The notes under the pieces: model-generated
Told to the model about the DNA's origin: nothing
Seen by the model: the letters and a program-made list of their open reading frames with translations, nothing else
Database searches by the model: none
Position numbers and translations under genes: made by a program
Shown here: in pieces, positions 59,501 through 64,000 of the stretch
How the letters are laid out: each line of letters starts with the position of its first letter
Position numbering within the stretch: the first letter of the stretch is position 1
Assembly: GCA_950097015.1 (NCBI GenBank)
Contig: CATNEN010000039.1
Span: forward strand, 10,416,001 to 10,480,000
Source of the DNA: Macrostomum hystrix
Taxonomy: Eukaryota; Animalia; Platyhelminthes
DNA length: 64,000 bases
Direction of reading: 5' to 3'

Positions 59501-61822
59501 TCCACAATCCACTGACTCACTCCACAATCCATTGACTCACTCCACAATCCACTAACTCACTCCACAATCCATTGACTCACTCCACAATCCACTAACTCAC
59601 TCCACAATTCACTGACTCACTCCACAATCCATCGACTCACTCCACAATCCATTGACTCACTCCACAATCCACTAACTCACTCCACAATTCACTGACTCAC
59701 TCCACAATCCATTGACTCACTCCACAATCCACTAACTCACTCCACAATCCACTGACTCACTCCACAATCCATTGACTCACTCCACAATCCACTAACTCAC
59801 TCCACAATCCATTGACTCACTCCACAATCCACTAACTCACTCCACAATTCACTGACTCACTCCACAATCCATTGACTCACTCCACAATCCATTGACTCAC
59901 TCCACAATCCACTAACTCACTCCACAATTCACTGACTCACTCCACAATCCATTGACTCACTCCACAATCCACTAACTCACTCCACAATCCATTGACTCAC
60001 TCCACAATCCACTAACTCACTCCACAATTCACTGACTCACTCCACAATCCATTGACTCACTCCACATTCCCTCGACTTCCCAGAACCTCGCGAACAGTGC
60101 ATTCCGCAACACTTCGTTGGCAGCAAGTTGAGTCCCAGCCAGGTGTTGCTGACGCAGGAGGAGCTTTTCACCTTCGCCAGCGAGGGCCTGGAGCCGCCCA
60201 CGCGGCTTCCGCTCAGCGCTCACGAGGAGAGGGCACTGAAACGAATCCGGCGCAAGCTCAAAAACAAATGGAGCGCCCAGGAGAGCCGACGGAGAAAGAA
60301 GGAGTACGTTGAGATGCTGGAGAAAAGGTGAGATGGCTGAGCCTTTACTTTTAACATAAGCAAGACCAGTGGGTGTATTTCAAATACAAATTTATATCTA
60401 CCAAAATATTCAACCAATCTCCATGAAAATTGAGGACCCGCGCTGGAATTTTCCACTCTGTCCGCAGAGAGAAGGCTTGGGGGCTTGTTGTACAATTCAC
60501 GCCCTTGAGGGCCAACCTCCAAGGCACAGTGAAATGTACACTGCCTGACGATGAGAAAGTCAGGGCGGATGTACACACCTGTGTGAGCGTATGCCTGCGT
60601 ACGGTATCTGTGTGCGTGTGTGCTCAGGAGTCAGCGAAATGGGCGGAATTGCCTCCTTGCTGGCTGCGGGTCTAGTGCCACTATTATGAGTGTAAGTGAT
60701 TTTAAGTGTTGTTTTTTTTTAACGAACCAATACGGATTCGCATAGAGCTTATACAGAGCAATTTATCTTGGTCCGTATTGTGGACTTTTACGAAAATCGG
60801 TCATTCGGTTTGGGAGCTATCGTGACGTAGGCAGTGGGAGTCAAAAATAAACATCGTGGTCATTCCCCAGGGGGAAAAAGCGTGTTGTTTCTACTGCTAA
60901 ACACTTAAATTAGGTATCGAATACACTGCAAATCGTAAGGTATGCCCTAAAGGGGCCGTTTTACTTTGAACCACTTTTACTATCCAGGGTGGACCAGTTC
61001 GTGGCCGAAAACGACGGTCTTCGTCGTCGAGTGGACCAGCTGGAGAGCAGCAACCGAGGGCTGCTGTCTCAGCTTCGCCAACTTCAACAGACCTGCGCCA
61101 ACGCGTCAGCAACAGCGGCAGCTGCCGCAGCCGCAGCGGCGGCGAACGCCGTCCGTTCGCGACAAAGCGTCAAAGCGTCGTCGAATTCGTCGCTATCCGC
61201 TTCGCTGTCCTCTTCGACAACGTCGACAACAACGCTGGCTGCCGTGGTGCTCTGCTTCGCTCTGTTCTTCGTATCCCCGCCAGCTGGCCTCCTGGCTGGC
61301 GGCGGTGGGGGCAGCGGGCAGCAGCTCGAGCATCACCAGCACTATCACTATCACTATCATCAGCGGGCCAAGTCGATTCAGCAGCAGCAGCACCAGCTGT
61401 CGCCGCAGCCGCTGAAACCTTGCGTTGTGGCCGCATTCTCGCTGTCGCTGGATCCCGGCTTCCTGCTACCGTCGGCGCCGCAGGTCCTGCATGAGAGCCG
61501 CTGGCAGAGGCGCAATCAAACGCCGCCTCGCGGCCACAACTCAAACTATTACTCAACCTATTATTATTATTACAACGAGCTCAGCGGTCTGAACTTCCAA
61601 CGAGCCGGCCCGGTCGTTCCAGCTGATTCCGTGGCCTGGCGGACGCTGCGGCAGCGTCAACCAGCTCGAGTGTTCCTGGCGTCGGCAGCCTACGGCCCCG
61701 GACTTGTCGACTGTCACGGCGCGGTTGGCGCGCCTGATTTGACAGCGTCGGCCAACGAGACGGCCAGAGCTCTGCAGCTGGTGCCCCCTGCTGCGGGACG
61801 ATTTTCTAAGCTGCTTGAGTAG
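56568..61822 (+). CDS. CREB3/OASIS-family membrane-tethered bZIP transcription factor (exons 56568-57081, 60084-60327, 60988-61822; start uncertain)
   Basis: [79 protein letters not shown], followed by the TM segment [17 protein letters not shown]. Introns are phase-consistent. Confidence 0.88.
57692..60066. repeat. 20-bp minisatellite (tccacaatccaytgactcac)n, ~118 units, in the bZIP gene intron
   Basis: Continuous 2.37-kb array that runs up to the splice acceptor. Confidence 0.98.
60440..60685 (+). mobile_element. SINE family A copy in a bZIP gene intron
   Basis: High identity to the reverse complement of 27955-28175. Confidence 0.85.
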
Positions 61823-61934
61823 TGACTCACAATAACTCAACACTCAGTAAGCAATGGAATCAGACATCTGCTATCCTCATGACCTTTTTAACCTGAGGTG
61901 ATTTTCGTCACAAGTAGCCATTTTTACTTCACAT

Positions 61935-62092
61935 CACACACAGGCGTGCACATCTGCCCTGACTTTCTCATTGTTAGGCAGTTTACACTCCCTGTGCCTT
62001 CAGGGGTTTTGTCCTTATGAGTTGAAATTGCCCGACCAGCCCTCAAGCCTTCTCACTAGAAATTCGAACTCACGGACCTTCTGGTGCGAGAG
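61935..62092 (-). mobile_element. SINE family A, partial copy
   Basis: cacaggcgtgcacatctgccctgactttctcattg..aaattcgaactc..ggacctt. Confidence 0.65.
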
Positions 62093-62925
62093 TAAGCTGG
62101 ATTAATGTCATAGCATTCCGCTGCATCTCAATTATAATTATATACGAACAACTTATGGCTAATATTCGTACTTAAACATTGTTTAGCCGTGTTTGCAAAA
62201 CAAAACCACAAAGTGTTATCATTAATTCTATCAAAAAGGAGTATAGATTCCGACTATACTACTTGTTTTCTTGGAGTTAGTAGCAAGTTAGATATGCTTT
62301 GATTCTGGCATTTTGCAGCCTTTGCTTTTTACATATCTGCGCATATATTTTTGTTTTTAGTTGGACAGCATCAAGCTGCACTGTTGCCATGGCAACTTGA
62401 TGCATCAAAGAAAAAATGGCATATTCCATTTCGACTGTCTTCCAGAATGCAATTCTTAGCCTAATTTTAGTTCTAGTCCCACTGCAAATAGCATATAAAA
62501 ACGGTGCATTGTTTGTGCGAATATATAGTTTATCAGCAAATTTTAATCTGCTATTATTAAGTGGTGATCAGAATATGTTTTAATCGACCAGTTTAATTAT
62601 TTGATTTGTTGTTTACAGTTGACTGAAAACACACTCTTCCATGTTAAAATTCTTTCCATTTTTTCTTATGTTTTGCGTCATAACTACTGAATGTGGTTGG
62701 TGAGTAGTGTCTGAGAAAATTGATTAAAAATATTATTAAATACAATTACAAATAAACAAGGTACATTCAAGATGTGTTCAGATTTACTATTAACTGAAAT
62801 GATTGCGGCCATTTTATATATATATATATTTGTTAATATTACAGGTAAATCAGTGTCACACAATAGGCGTCTCCCTGGTTACCAAAACAACAATGCGCTA
62901 TTACAGAGGTTAGCTATTAGCTGTT

Positions 62926-63422
62926 TTAATATCCAACGCGGCCAGTCAAATGGAAGGCCGGCCTGGTCACACTGTAGTCAGTGCGGAACAGGGCAACGAC
63001 TTCTGAGCCAGGCGATGTGGACAGAGTGTACTGCCGATTGCCCTGACGTCCGGTCAGTCTGTAGCCGGAGGCTGTGTAATACCTGCTAGTGTAGTTAATA
63101 GCCAGGTAGTCGCAGCACGACTCGGCGTCGAAGTTGCGCAGGTCGATGTTGACAACGCCGTTCCGGTTCTCGGTGCGGTTAACCAGGACGTACCTGCAGT
63201 TGAGGTTGTTCAGGTACTGGCCGCCACAGGAGCCATAGGAATTGCCGTTCAGAAAGAATCTGGAGCCGCTCTTGTAGAGAGTCGGGCAGGTGGCAACTGA
63301 AACAATTCAAACGGTGCTACACAAGGAGTTTGCTTTTAGATAAAAGTGCAATTTAGGCGAATGAACTCACCGGCAAATGTGGCGCAACAGACCACGGTCA
63401 ACAGGCTCAGAAACAGCTTCAT
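62926..63422 (-). CDS. Secreted single-CUB-domain protein, 140 aa (exons 63422-63371, 63296-62926)
   Basis: Signal peptide MKLFLSLLTVVCCATFA|V, then YLNNLNCRYVL..IDLRNFDAESCCDYLAI..LFRTDYSVTRPAFHL (CUB motifs). Intron gtgagt..tttcag. Absent from the ORF track. Confidence 0.85.
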
Positions 63423-63510
63423 CTTTTTCTGCTTTGTGGGATAAGCTTTCCTTGTTCTAGCTTGAATATTGTGGTGACTTGTGCTGTCTGCTGTTAGCTA
63501 TCTCTGCAAG

Positions 63511-63520
63511 TATATTTATA
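63511..63520 (-). promoter_or_regulatory. TATA box of the CUB gene
   Basis: TATAAATATA on the minus strand, about 90 nt upstream of the ATG. Confidence 0.55.
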
Positions 63521-63950
63521 GTACAGACCCTTCTGCAAGACCTGCTGTTACAGTTGCCATGTGTGCTCAGCTGAGCACACCTAGACTAATTAATCAATTA
63601 GCAGTTTTCTTTAATTGCTTCAACAATCAGTGAGTGAAAATGGCTTACAATGCGAAAGCAACATTAACTTTGCCTTCTAAACCCGTGCCACTTATTAAGC
63701 AGTGTGAAAGTTAGTTCAGCTTTCAGTTGAAAGAAACGAAGAAACTAAATAGTGATTGTGAATATTAGTGCGTTAGAAATGTTAACAGACAGTTTACGTC
63801 GGATCCAATTCCGTTAAGTTTCCAAAACTTTAGACTTTGCTGTATAATTTTCTTGGTAAACTACATTTTTGTGACATTATTTATTGCATTAAGTTTTACC
63901 GAAAATATTTTTAAACAATGGAATGTTACTATCCACTCTGCCGAAATTCA

Positions 63951-64000
63951 TGACTGACTGACTGACTGACTGACTGACTGACTACTGACTGACTGACTGA
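63951..64000. repeat. (TGAC)n microsatellite
   Basis: Tandem tgac running to the window end. Confidence 0.95.

Noticed and set aside
60536-60575. Hammerhead ribozyme in SINE-A (ctgacgatgagaaa)
   Set aside because: It forms a simple hairpin and lacks the CUGANGA-stem II-GAAA three-way junction.

Overview
Eukaryotic (animal) genomic DNA with GT-AG introns, polyQ/polyA low-complexity coding and minisatellite-filled introns. By inference it is most like a free-living flatworm such as Macrostomum (not provable from this window). Plus-strand genes in order: 3' part of a HECTD2-like E3 ligase, an intronless Tantalus/PRR14-like ORF, p23/PTGES3, BLOC1S3, COQ2, a 26-exon SMG1 kinase (~3850 aa) with an in-frame N-terminal ankyrin-repeat extension, a GPI-anchored Ly6/uPAR protein, SPCS1 and a CREB3-family membrane bZIP factor. 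Minus-strand genes: a putative orphan, a C22orf39/UPF0545 homolog and a secreted single-CUB protein. Mobile DNA: a defective mariner, two hAT-type MITEs with 8-bp TSDs, other MITE-like hairpins and two tRNA-derived SINE families. The standout is COQ2. It has two 134-nt mutually exclusive exons with the rhodoquinone-type (L...S) and ubiquinone-type (F...A) signatures. The intron between them holds a ~24-nt element complementary to the ubiquinone exon's 5' splice site, flanked by two local decoy sequences, which suggests an RNA-structure switch for UQ/RQ choice. COQ2 also lacks a genomic ATG and may take it from a spliced leader. All exon models were read by hand from splice signals and frame continuity.
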